Source: Azolla caroliniana | Taxonomy: Eukaryota > Plantae > Polypodiophyta | DNA length: 64,000 bases | Assembly (NCBI GenBank): GCA_043228905.1 | Contig: JBHGNT010000014.1 | Location: 10,788,001 to 10,852,000, forward strand | Direction of reading: 5' to 3' | Part shown: one piece after another, positions 1 to 10,401 of the stretch | How positions within the stretch are numbered: position 1 is the first letter of the stretch | Layout: each line of letters starts with the position of its first letter | Translations under genes and position numbers: made by a program | Notes under the pieces: generated by a model | Seen by the model: only the letters and a program-made list of their open reading frames with translations | Told to the model about the DNA's origin: nothing | The model's database searches: none

Positions 1-767
1 AGAAAATCAGAAAATCACAAGAAAAAGGAGGAGAAGGAGGAGCAGGAGGAGAAGAAGAGGGCGGAACAATTATTTGCGGCTACATCGACATAATTGGGCA
101 AGTGCTACAACAACATTCTTCTTCACTGGCAAGCTCGAATGTCATCTTGTCTATTCCAGGTTAATCATCCTCCTATTAATTTCCTTTTACTTATAATTGG
201 GGCATAGTATGTATGGAAGAAATGGATGAAGGTATAATTGAGACACAAATACAAATTAAGAGAGGAGAAGGAGAAGATGAGGTCATTTTGAAGAAACAAA
301 AGATTGGCATTAAGAATATGCATGAGGGGGATATAGATATGATGCCAAGACCATCATATGCACATGTTATGGGAGAAGGTGAAGAGGAGAGGAATGCACA
401 ATATTGGGATGTAATGTAAGTAGTTTCTAATGAAGCACTCCATGAGATTTTATTGGATACTATAGATATGGTGGCCAATGTAGAAGAGGATGAGATTGTC
501 GAGGTGGAGATGCCACGTAGAGATATCTTAAAGGCATTTTTCCATGTTTCATGAGAGAGGCATTATTTGTTTCTTAAACGCAATGATTGGTAGAAATAGT
601 GTGGAAGATGTGTATAAAGGTCCACGAGGGTTTTTTGAGGTCATTTTTCAAACCGAAGAACAATGGGATAGTTTGTTATCACGTTTGTCGGTCTTTTACA
701 ATAATAATTGAGTCTATTTTGTCCCTTGTAAACCACTAGCCGAGTTTTAGGAAATTTTGAAACAAGA

Positions 768-1481
768 GTGTCCAATATGGTGGAGGTAGAGTGTAAATTT
801 TCGTTTTTATGGCTTATAGTTCAAGGTGTCATGGAACAATTGGGGAAGGTGATAGTAGCCCCAAATGCCAAAGCATATAATAGATATGGGATATGTATGC
901 TATGGAATACAACAAAAAAGAGACCTTTGTGGCTAAACATAAAGACTGAGGAGGTGAGGTCATTCCGTTGCCAATTGCATTGGGGATCATTTGCCGGTCA
1001 TTGCTTTCGATGTGGTCGTTTAGGCCATTTCATGGTAGAATGTCATCAAACACCGGGAATGGAGGTGACTAATAATTCCCATGGTAATGAGTTAATGTCA
1101 GACTCTGTACTAAATGATAATGAGGTGTTGAAAAGTAAGGAGGCAAATGTGGAAAAAGGTAAGAGTGTCCTTATTTTGGAACATAATGACAAATATATTC
1201 AAGAAAGAAGAAAATATTTAATGGATGATGGTGGATCTTGGATTAAGGTGGCCTCTAAGGTAAATCATCCAAGGTACCAAAAAGACAAAGTTTATGCGCA
1301 TAATGGGCAAGAGAGGGGTAGTTCCTCTAGGGATCCTATGGGGTTATCACATGCACATAATTATGATCAATTGAAAGGAAGGTCAAAACCGTGGCAAGGG
1401 TCACAAAATAAACAATCTAATCAAGGGACAAACCTTTCAACCTTAGATTTGATAAGAATGGTAAAATCAATTTACCATTAG
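768..1481 (+). pseudogene. L1 ORF1 fragment with CCHC zinc knuckle
   Basis: CX2CX4HX4C motif, located upstream of the APE-RT ORF2. Confidence 0.7.
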
Positions 1482-1655
1482 AAAAACAAAATCGGAAAAG
1501 AGATAATTCATGGGGTACAATGGTGTCCACCAATAATCATCGGCCATCTGTGCAAAATGCATTTGCAGGATTAAGTGATTATTTCGGTGATATACCAAAG
1601 ATATTGGCACAATGGGAACAAGAACAAGCCAAGAAGCAAAGTAATTAGTAAGTGA

Positions 1656-4600
1656 TGAAGATAATCACATCGAATGTGAGGGGAATTTGTTCTCTGTCCA
1701 AGCGGTATGGTATGTGGAAAAGTATTTTTAATAGTCAATGGATATATTATGTGCAGTAGAACATAAGGAGCATGCTAAGTCTGGGTCTTCTTTTCATCAT
1801 AAGCAATATCATGTGTTTTATGCTGGAGTAAATGGGGGTCCTTATTCAGGTGTAGTGCTTATTATAAGGGATAGTTTGAAACTGGTAGACGTTCAAAGAG
1901 ATGTACATGGTAGGTTCTTGGTGGTTGAAGTTAATTATGAAGGGAAACAGATTTGGGTGGTTGGTATTTATGACGTTGCAAGACATCGTATGGAACTTTG
2001 GAGATGCTTAAATACAGTTTTGCTTCATGGGAGATTAAGTTTTTTGTTAGGGGATTTTAATATGTGTTTGGAGATGGGCCAATCTACTTTGATGAATGGC
2101 TTGATGGATGCTCCCGAACGAGAGGTGTGGGATTTGTTTTTGATGGATGTCGTAAGGTATGATGCATGGACCTAGATCAATGGAAATGATGTTGGTTATA
2201 CGTTTCAATCGGCACAATATAGATCAAATTGGAGTAGATTGGATCACATTTATATTATGCATGGTGATACATTCTTGCAAGAGTTTTTGACTATGCAAGT
2301 GTATAGGGGGATTGGATCATCAGATAATTTCCCAGTTGTTTTGGAACGCACACATCAAACTGTGGATGGTTTTAGATCTTTATTGGGGAGACAACCATTG
2401 AGATTTAATTCATCTTTTCTTGGACATGATAAATTTAAATATGCTATGGGACAATTGGTGGGGGAGTTTACAAGACAAGTTAATATCCACGGTGTTTCGT
2501 CATGGGATATCTGTCTTTCCAATATTCAACGATTTACATGATATTATGGAATTTATCAAGCATCTATCCATAAAAAAAAGATGAATTTATTACAACACTT
2601 TCTAGACAGATGTAATGCATTGTTGGTAAAGATTCCATTTGATGATGTGTTGTTGGATATTCAAGAGACACTATCACAAGCTTTACAAGTACTGGAGGGT
2701 CGCAATTATCAACAATCATGGGTGATGGCTATGAAAAATGAAGTACATGATCACAACTGTAATTCACATAAGTTTTACCATGGGTTGTAGACATCTCATG
2801 CTAGAATGAATGTAGTTAGTGTAGAGATTGATGGAACTTTATTGATTATTGATACAAACCCACAAGTGATTATTGATAATTGTGTTAAACATTTCACGAA
2901 TCTTTTTGGGCAAGATTGTATTATGAATGATGACATAACACAAGAGCGATCGATGCTATTTAACTCAGTCAAGGTGAGTGGCGAGCAACATGTCATGATT
3001 GCATTACAGGAGGATATAAAGGAGGAGGTTGAATATGTATTGTCACATCTCGCAATTGATAAAAACCCGGGTTGGGATGACATCACGAATGAGTTTTTTA
3101 AAGCCTTTGTACTAGAACTCAAAGCCGCTCCAAAAGTTGCATCTCCTATGTCTTTTGCTCCATGGAGACTGATATCATTAATGGATGGGATGTATAAGAT
3201 TTTTGCCAAAGTAATTGCAAATAGACTTCCAAAGGTGTTGTCATCTATGGTCCATCCAATGCAATATAGATTTACTGAGGGAAGGGACATCCTGCATAAT
3301 GTTTTGAATGTGCAAATGGCAGTGGATTATGCAAAGCAATCCCAACAACAAATTCTAATGATACAAATCAACATCGAGAAGGCATATGATCATGTAAGTT
3401 GGTCTTTTATTACTCAACATATGTCTCATATGGGTTTTGGGGAAAGGATTTCTCGAATATCATTGTTGGTGGGACTAGGTGCAATGTCACACATTATGTT
3501 AAATGGCGGAGTACTACAGCAATACCATTGAAAAGATCACTTAGACAAGGATACCCATTGAGTCCATTATTATTTGCAATTGCTACACACTCGATTTTGG
3601 TGAAGATGCATGACTTGGCAACACATAGGGAAATAGTTGGATTAGCTCTACAATCAGGAAAACAATTTATCGCCCAAGCATTGGCTAATGATTCGTTTTT
3701 ATTTCTTAAAGTAACATGTGATAACATAGCTAAGGCCATGGAGGTGTGGAATGTGTTCGCATTGGCGTCAGGATTAAATATAATATGCAGAAGTCGATGC
3801 TCATTAGATGCACTAAGAGTGATTTGGTTGATCTTGGATGGGGTGGCCAAATATTAGATCAAGGGAATGTGTGTCGACACTTAGGTTACCCTATTGGTCT
3901 TGATATCTCATCATCACAAATTTTGAATTGGATATCGGGAACTATTTTGGACAAATTTAAGTATTGGAAGTCTCAAACATGGCCGTTTAGTACTCGTCTC
4001 AAAGTGATACAAGCTATAATGATTCCAATGATTTCGTATTTTTTGCCTTTGTTACCGTGGACAAAGAAATCACTTGATCATCTAGCTAGTTCACTTAAAT
4101 ATACACTATGGAAGAAAGAAACAAACCTTGGTATGAGTTGGGTATCATGGAACAATATTTGTAACCCAAAACTGTTAGGGGGTGCTGCGTTATTAAATTT
4201 AGAAGATGATATGGTGGTTTGAAGATTCAATCTTTTGAAAGGTATGTGCATAGGTACCTAACCTTGGGAAGAAATAATCACTTATTTTGTGGAAAAGGTT
4301 GGTATTTACCATGGGAAAACGAGAATTACAGCTTCTTCGTGGCATATTGTTACAGCTTCGCGGTGGCATGTTGTTAATAGTACCTGGAAATTTAAGTGTT
4401 CAAAATCTATTATGGTTCAACAATTGGTGCTTTCTTGGCAGGGGTGTTTGAAATTGTTTAATTGGAGGCCTCCTGAGTGCAGAAAAGATATAAATTCATT
4501 GGCAGCAGAGGTGTTGGCAACTTCAAGGATATTACATTGGGATGGAAAAGAAAGTCTTAATTCACAATTCAATCGAATGGCAAGGCTAGGCTTGGTAACT

Positions 4601-5008
4601 GTGGAAGATGGTATTTTAGAGTCACGTAGGAAAATGATGGCCTTTCGGACAATAAGAAATAAGTTTCATATACCACATGGATATGGGTATATTTGGCAAT
4701 CAATATTGGCATTGCCTAGATTAGTTTTCCCTATTCTAGAGTTGGTGGTTGAGGAACCATGGAAAGATTGGTCATTTGGTAATGGGAAATTGATTTATGT
4801 GGTGCACACTAATGATGGGGACCATAAGTTTGTTGAAGATAGAGCTTGGTTAGGAAATAAGTTGTTGGATACATGGTAGATTATTCGACATGCAAACTGG
4901 TGGCGTAAGTTTTGGATGCAGGATGGCAGTCTCATCTTCAGTTCCGTGCTAAGGTGTTTCTTTGGCGTATGATTGTTGGTGGGTTGCCTTTGGCGATGGC
5001 CTTAAAAC
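1656..5008 (+). pseudogene. L1 ORF2 (APE endonuclease / reverse transcriptase), fragmented
   Basis: Colinear fragments 1738-2175, 2239-2541, 2806-3531, 3399-3857, 3746-4222 and 4289-4879 carry APE and RT motifs in the expected order. Confidence 0.85.
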
Positions 5009-5280
5009 TGTTGGGAATTCGGTCTCTCCGGATGGGATCCGGTGATGAATAAAGAGGACCCAGTGAGAACCAAAAGAGATCCGGAAACTGGATAGGTGGA
5101 CCTAGTGAGAACCGGAAGAGAAGACAGATTTGTAAATATGTCTTGAATAAGCCCATTGAGGCTATATTTGTAAATAGCCGTAAGTTCATATAACTATAAA
5201 TATGACTTAGGGCAATCACTTTAGTTATTGAGGTTATTATAGTTGTGGTCATATTGTTGTAACTGTTGTACAAAGAGAGA

Positions 5281-8033
5281 TAGATAGATAGATAGATTAT
5301 ATTATCATCTTCGGAGGTCAAATATGACCCATGAGACCAAAAATATTACATTTCACGTGATATGTGTGAAAGTGAGTAGTAACTCTCAATGTTCAAGAAC
5401 TTTACCAATGAATGTTGCAATCGAGAGTGCACATTGTGGTTGTGAGAGGAATTCATGCAAAGATTGGGCTCGATCGAAGAGATGTGTAAAGCATGGTCGA
5501 ATATGATCAAAGGCAGAGCATTGTATCAAAGTGTGATACTCAGACTCGCGAACTTGTTTAGGGCAAAGTGCGCATAGCCGACCACTCTCATCACTTGTAC
5601 CCCAACGCCCTGTTTCACATCGCAATGCATGTGAGCTAAGTCGCATGGAAGCAATGGTTCCAATGGAAGATAACGGTATGGGCTCTAACATGTATGGATG
5701 TGTACGATTTCCCCGTTCTGTGAAGAATATGGTTTTGTAGTTAGGTGCAACATGTGTAGTATAATGTGGGAAGCGTGAGCCTCCGGATTTGTCCCATGTC
5801 ATGATACATTGGCGTTGCAAAAATGCCTCATTTACAGAGGAATCTAATGATGCATCATGAAGCAAGTGTCTCGCATCCCATCTACCAAACCATTTTTCTA
5901 TATCTTGCATCCAACCGGAACACAAAATTTTGCTTTTATGCGTCTTTTGGATCTTTTTGCTTGCTTCCCACGCAATTCTAGGAAGTCGATGTGAGGGACT
6001 TTTTTGAACCTTAAGCATGTATTCAACAACCCTTTCCATGGCCATGATCTCAATGGGAAGCGATCCCGTCTCAAGGAGGAGGAGGGTGTAGGGCGTTTGT
6101 TTCTTAACTTGTAGAAACTTGGTAAGAAAATGCTTTTGGACATTTTCAAACTCTTTCCACATAGATTTAGGGATGCTACCGCCCCATACTTCCACCCCAT
6201 AGAGAAGAACCGGTGTCACCAAAGTGTCGAAAAGATATTTCTTGAGGACCCAACACTTAATATCTCCAAGATTGCATGTGTTCTCAAATGCATAGTATGC
6301 TCCCTTGCCCGCCTCTAAGCGGCGTGTAGCACATTCATTCCATCTATGATTTGAAGGAACTTCAAGGCCAAGATATTTGAAGCTTTCCACACATTCAAGT
6401 GGCTCATTGTTGTACATAATGCATGGTTTATCTCTTTTTTGGCTCTTCACAAGCATAATCTTTGTTTTAGAGCTATTGACACTTAATTTAGTATGCATGC
6501 AAAATTTTTCCAATGCCTTCATAAGCTTTTGTGCATCTCCTAAAGTATTTGCAAAAAGCACTACATCATCTGCATATAGCAAAAGCATAATCACAACATT
6601 CCCAATGGCAACTTCTTCAACACATTCTTCCTTTGCAAACTTGGTAACCATTTCTTCCAATTCATCAATGCATAGACCAAATAGTGTTGGTGAGAGTGGG
6701 CATCCTTGCTTAACACCAATAGTGCTTTTGAAAAAATCTGAAAGTTTATCTCTCATGCACACACAACATATAACCTTCTCATAAATTCGGGAAATTGCAA
6801 GCATATATTCACTTGGCACCTCAAGTTCTTCCATTCCCCTCCAAAGATGCTCACGAGGTACCATATCAAAAGCTTTCTTGAAGTCTACAATGCAACAATA
6901 TAAACCTTTACCTCTAAGGCCACTTTCCTCCGTTAATACTCGAAGGGTGATAAGGTGATCAATGGTGCTATGGTGTTTCCGAAAGCCAGCTTGTCCATAA
7001 GCTCTCTTACCACTTTTTTCAGCCCATACACTTATCTTTGATTCCATTATACATCCAAATAGTTTTGCCATTAATGAGCTAACCATGATGGTTCGATAGT
7101 TGTTTACATTATTTATATCTCCACCTTTATGTAAAGGTTTGATCCAATTTGTAGTCCAATCGTATGGCATATCATGTTGCAATGCATCATCAAACATATC
7201 TCTTATCCATATATGTGCTTCCTTTCCCGTCCATTTGAGCATTTCAGCCTTTATACATTGAAGATCGCTTGCCTTTTGAGAGGCCAATTTCTTAAGTCCT
7301 ATGCATATATCTTCAATTGTAAAGAAGGGAGGCATATGTGAAAGAGAACCATAACACATCATCTTTCCGGCAAGAGATAACCCATATAAATTCTTAGAAT
7401 GCATAGACAAGTCGTGAAGAGTTAAGTCACCATAACTCTCAACACGTTTTCCCTTTAGATTTCCCCAAAATTTAGCACATGCATGTGCTTTCTCTTGCGT
7501 TTGGATAAGTTGTTGAGTAACTTCCCATATTCTTCTCTTTCTTTGAATAAGCCTTTTATACTCATGCAAATGCTTTTGGTAATTCTCTTTATCCTTAACT
7601 ACATGCAAAACCATAAGGCACTTTTGAGCTTCATGACATTCTTTATCAAACCATTTTTTCCTAAGTTTCTTGGTGCATTTCCAAGATGTGCGATTGGTCG
7701 AAAAACATTTGTTTGTACATGAGAGAATGACTTTCTTGAAAGCTTCCCATTTGCATTCTAGTGTGGCACCATGTTGTATCTTTGTCATTTGTAACATATC
7801 CTCAACCATCTTGGAATACATGGGTGCTTGCTTAAGGTTCATGCTCAAGTGCGGTTGTTTATTATCTTCAATAGCCTTCTCACAATCAAACCTATGCATA
7901 CATTTGAGATCAATACATAAAGGCCTATGATCGGATTTCGGTGTCCATTCACCAAGTGAGAATTTATGTATACGATCCAAAATACATTCGGAAAGTAGCA
8001 CATAGTCAATCACACTATTTCCATTGTGTTTTC
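5281..8033 (-). mobile_element. 5'-truncated RTE/RTEX-type LINE inserted in the (GA)n tract of a copia-A LTR
   Basis: Single open 875-aa ORF, short 3' UTR and a (TCTA)n tail. LTR sequence continues on both sides with a probable TSD TACA(A/G)AGAGAG. Confidence 0.9.
5386..8013 (-). CDS. RTEX-like ORF2 (end of APE domain, RT, C-terminal Cys/His region), 5'-truncated but uninterrupted
   Basis: IDYVL...SDHRP, NYRTIM, QAGFR, DFKKAFD, GVKQGCPLSPTLF, LLYADD, FKYLG, RLSSHALRCETGRW...CALC...EYHTLIQC. Confidence 0.9.
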   Translation of the reverse strand: MIDYVLLSECILDRIHKFSLGEWTPKSDHRPLCIDLKCMHRFDCEKAIEDNKQPHLSMNLKQAPMYSKMVEDMLQMTKIQHGATLECKWEAFKKVILSCTNKCFSTNRTSWKCTKKLRKKWFDKECHEAQKCLMVLHVVKDKENYQKHLHEYKRLIQRKRRIWEVTQQLIQTQEKAHACAKFWGNLKGKRVESYGDLTLHDLSMHSKNLYGLSLAGKMMCYGSLSHMPPFFTIEDICIGLKKLASQKASDLQCIKAEMLKWTGKEAHIWIRDMFDDALQHDMPYDWTTNWIKPLHKGGDINNVNNYRTIMVSSLMAKLFGCIMESKISVWAEKSGKRAYGQAGFRKHHSTIDHLITLRVLTEESGLRGKGLYCCIVDFKKAFDMVPREHLWRGMEELEVPSEYMLAISRIYEKVICCVCMRDKLSDFFKSTIGVKQGCPLSPTLFGLCIDELEEMVTKFAKEECVEEVAIGNVVIMLLLYADDVVLFANTLGDAQKLMKALEKFCMHTKLSVNSSKTKIMLVKSQKRDKPCIMYNNEPLECVESFKYLGLEVPSNHRWNECATRRLEAGKGAYYAFENTCNLGDIKCWVLKKYLFDTLVTPVLLYGVEVWGGSIPKSMWKEFENVQKHFLTKFLQVKKQTPYTLLLLETGSLPIEIMAMERVVEYMLKVQKSPSHRLPRIAWEASKKIQKTHKSKILCSGWMQDIEKWFGRWDARHLLHDASLDSSVNEAFLQRQCIMTWDKSGGSRFPHYTTHVAPNYKTIFFTERGNRTHPYMLEPIPLSSIGTIASMRLSSHALRCETGRWGTSDESGRLCALCPKQVRESEYHTLIQCSAFDHIRPCFTHLFDRAQSLHEFLSQPQCALSIATFIGKVLEH

Positions 8034-9321
8034 TACAGAGAGAGGGAGAGAGAGAGAGATACAGAGCTATACTCTATTGTAACCACCACTATGCAAAGAA
8101 ATAGAGCTTGAGGTCGTTGCCTGTCTCTGATTGTACCCCTTCTCTTCATAGTGATAGTTCGGAGTCTATGGGCTCCCGTGGTTTATCCCTATTAGGGTTT
8201 TCCAGGTAAACATCCTGTGTCATTTTCTTGTGTACTCTCCCCTTCCCATTTCTTTGTTTGATTCTTATACAAGTGATTTACTACTCGGTTGTGGCCGCAC
8301 GATATTCCGTGCATTTCTCTACAATATGGTATTAGAGCAAACAATATAGAAAATGGAAGAATCTTACGGTGGCATGTTCAAGCTCACCGGCTCCAACTAC
8401 TCAGTGTGGAAGTTGAAGATGAGGGATATGCTGGTGGTTAAAGATCTTTGGTTGCCGGTTCAGTTTGAGGCCAAGAGACCGGATAAGATCGACGCCACGG
8501 TGTGGGAGGTGATGCACATGAAGACGACGATATACATCCAATGCTTCATCTACATGAGCATGTACAACAACTTCAATGAAGAGAGCAAGGCTCATGAACT
8601 CTAGGAGAAGATCAACATCATGTTCCAGAACAAGAATGCTGTTAATTGGGTTTCGGTATTTCGAAAGATAGTGAGGCTCTGGTACCAAGATGGCTCCAGT
8701 ATGGCGGAGCACATGCATGCCTTCCAAGGGCTGATACACCAAGCAACCTCATTGGAAGTACCTCTTGCCGATGAGGTACTTGCTCTACTCCTGCTCGGTT
8801 CCCTCTCGGATAGCTGGGAGACGTTAGTTGGCACGTTGGGCAACGACGGGCTAGAAGGAAAATAGCTATCCCTAGCAAGGGTCAAGTCGAGCTTGCTAGA
8901 TGAGGAGGCGCGTCGGAAAGACAAGGAGGTAATCTCCGATGCCAAAGCCCTCCTTACCAAATCGGAACGTGGAAAACAAAGGAATAGGAGTCCCCAGAAC
9001 CGGAAAAAATCAGGGACACGGTCAAAGTCAAGGGGGAGGCCCACTTGCTTCTATTGCGGCAAGCCGGGGCACTTCTAGAAGAACTGTCGGCATTTCCAGA
9101 AGGACAAGGGAACCAACAGTACTGATTTGAAGAAGTCACCGAACCGAAACGGTTCGGATTAGCGAGGCCCGGACCGAAAAGGAACGACGACGATCATGGC
9201 AAGTGAAGAAGAACTAATGCTTATCACCGAGGAGAGTGAGTTGAACCTTGCCGTCAACAAGACAACATGGGTTGTCGATTCCGGAGCATCGTTCCACCTT
9301 ATCCCGGACTAGAAATGCTTC

Positions 9322-10401
9322 CCAACTAGAGAAGTTGAGTTTGATTCTCAACACACCCCTTTAAATGCAACTTCTGGTCGCCGGTAGTTGGTTCAGATTG
9401 GTCTTTGGGTCGGCTCTGACTTTGGCTATTGATGGCCAGTTCATTCTTGTGTTCGTTTGTTACCAGAGCAACTCGACTATAGTATAGAAGTTAAAGTATT
9501 GGTCGAAAGTATAGGCTAGGGTTGGAAGTAGGACATGTGTGAATAGGTAAGTCGAAAGACTATAAAATGTATTAGTTGAAAATCGAATAGTTGAAAAAGC
9601 CAAGTAGGAAGTTAGAACGGTTTTTATATTTCTTGCTGAGAGGTAGTTTTGTAGTTCTTGAAGAGTCTGCCTATATCACCTATATAAAGGGGTACATGAC
9701 ATTGTAAAAACATTGATTTGTAAGGATATAATTTTAATATAATTTAGTTTAGATTACTCTGTGTTTCTGTTATTCTGTGTGTCGAACGACTAGAGTGAGA
9801 GATGAAGAGTATTTCTATATACAGTCGATCAAAGCGGTAGCGATGGGCTTACACTATCATCCCAAACTTGAAGAGCAGATTAAGGATATAGTCTTTGGGA
9901 GATCACGATGCCTTCGTGTGTCCGAATTACTTCTATGCTGAGGAAGTAATGGAGCTCCTTTATGTCCTTCATTTTGAATTAGCCGGAGAGGAGTGTCTTG
10001 ATATGATCGATATCTACTAAGTGCTCTCCTTCAATGACCAAGTTGTAACTTGTCCACCTATGTTATGATAAATAATTGTCCTCTACAGTCATGTCAGATG
10101 AACAAGGAATTGTCGGACTTGGACATTTTGAAGCCGATTTGGTGATTAGATATTGGGTTATCTTTGACTGCCATCTCTAGGTGCCTGCTTGAGGTCGTAG
10201 AGAGGTTTTTTGAGTTGGCAAACCGATTGCGGGTGTGTGCTCCACATGAAACCAGGAGTTTGTATCATGTATACCTCCTCATTTAATTCTCCTTGAAGAA
10301 GGGCGTTCTTGACATCCATTTGGTGGAGGTGCTACCCTTTGGTTGTTGCAAGCACGATCATGGTTCTAATGATTGTCATCTTAACCACAGGGGCAAAGTG
10401 A
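9322..10401 (-). mobile_element. Highly degraded copia fragment (RT remnant, PPT and start of a 3' LTR)
   Basis: Minus-strand HQMDVKNALLQGELNEEVYM-like sequence at ~10270-10330. PPT-like AGGGGTG abutting TGTTGAGAATC at ~9353-9362. Confidence 0.6.

Larger units (their letters stand above)
213..5008 (+). mobile_element. Degraded L1-clade LINE (ORF1 with CCHC knuckle; ORF2 APE endonuclease-RT-zf-RVT), 3' end cut by a copia LTR
   Basis: CFRCGRLGHFMVEC knuckle in ORF 768-1481. APE start MKIITSNVRG at ~1656, with LLGDFN, (SR)LDHIY and SSDNFP motifs. RT motifs PGWDDIT, WRLISL, EKAYDHV, RQGYPLSPLLF and RHLGYPIG. zf-RVT-like KVFLWRMIVGGLP just before 5009. Many stops and frameshifts. Confidence 0.85.
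5009..9321 (+). mobile_element. Copia-A copy 1: 5' LTR (5009-8323, split by an RTEX LINE), Met PBS, gag and protease start; 3' part lost
   Basis: LTR starts TGTTGGGAATTCGGTC like the other copia-A LTRs and resumes at ~8034, ending ...CTCTACA. PBS TGGTATTAGAGC at 8327-8338. Gag MEESYGGMFKLTGSNYSVWK, CFYCGKPGHF knuckle and WVVDSGAS protease motif. Confidence 0.9.

Noticed and set aside
5898-7930. Numerous short overlapping or antisense ORFs here and across the window
   Set aside because: They are shadow frames of retroelement coding sequence or of LTR microsatellites, with no independent support.
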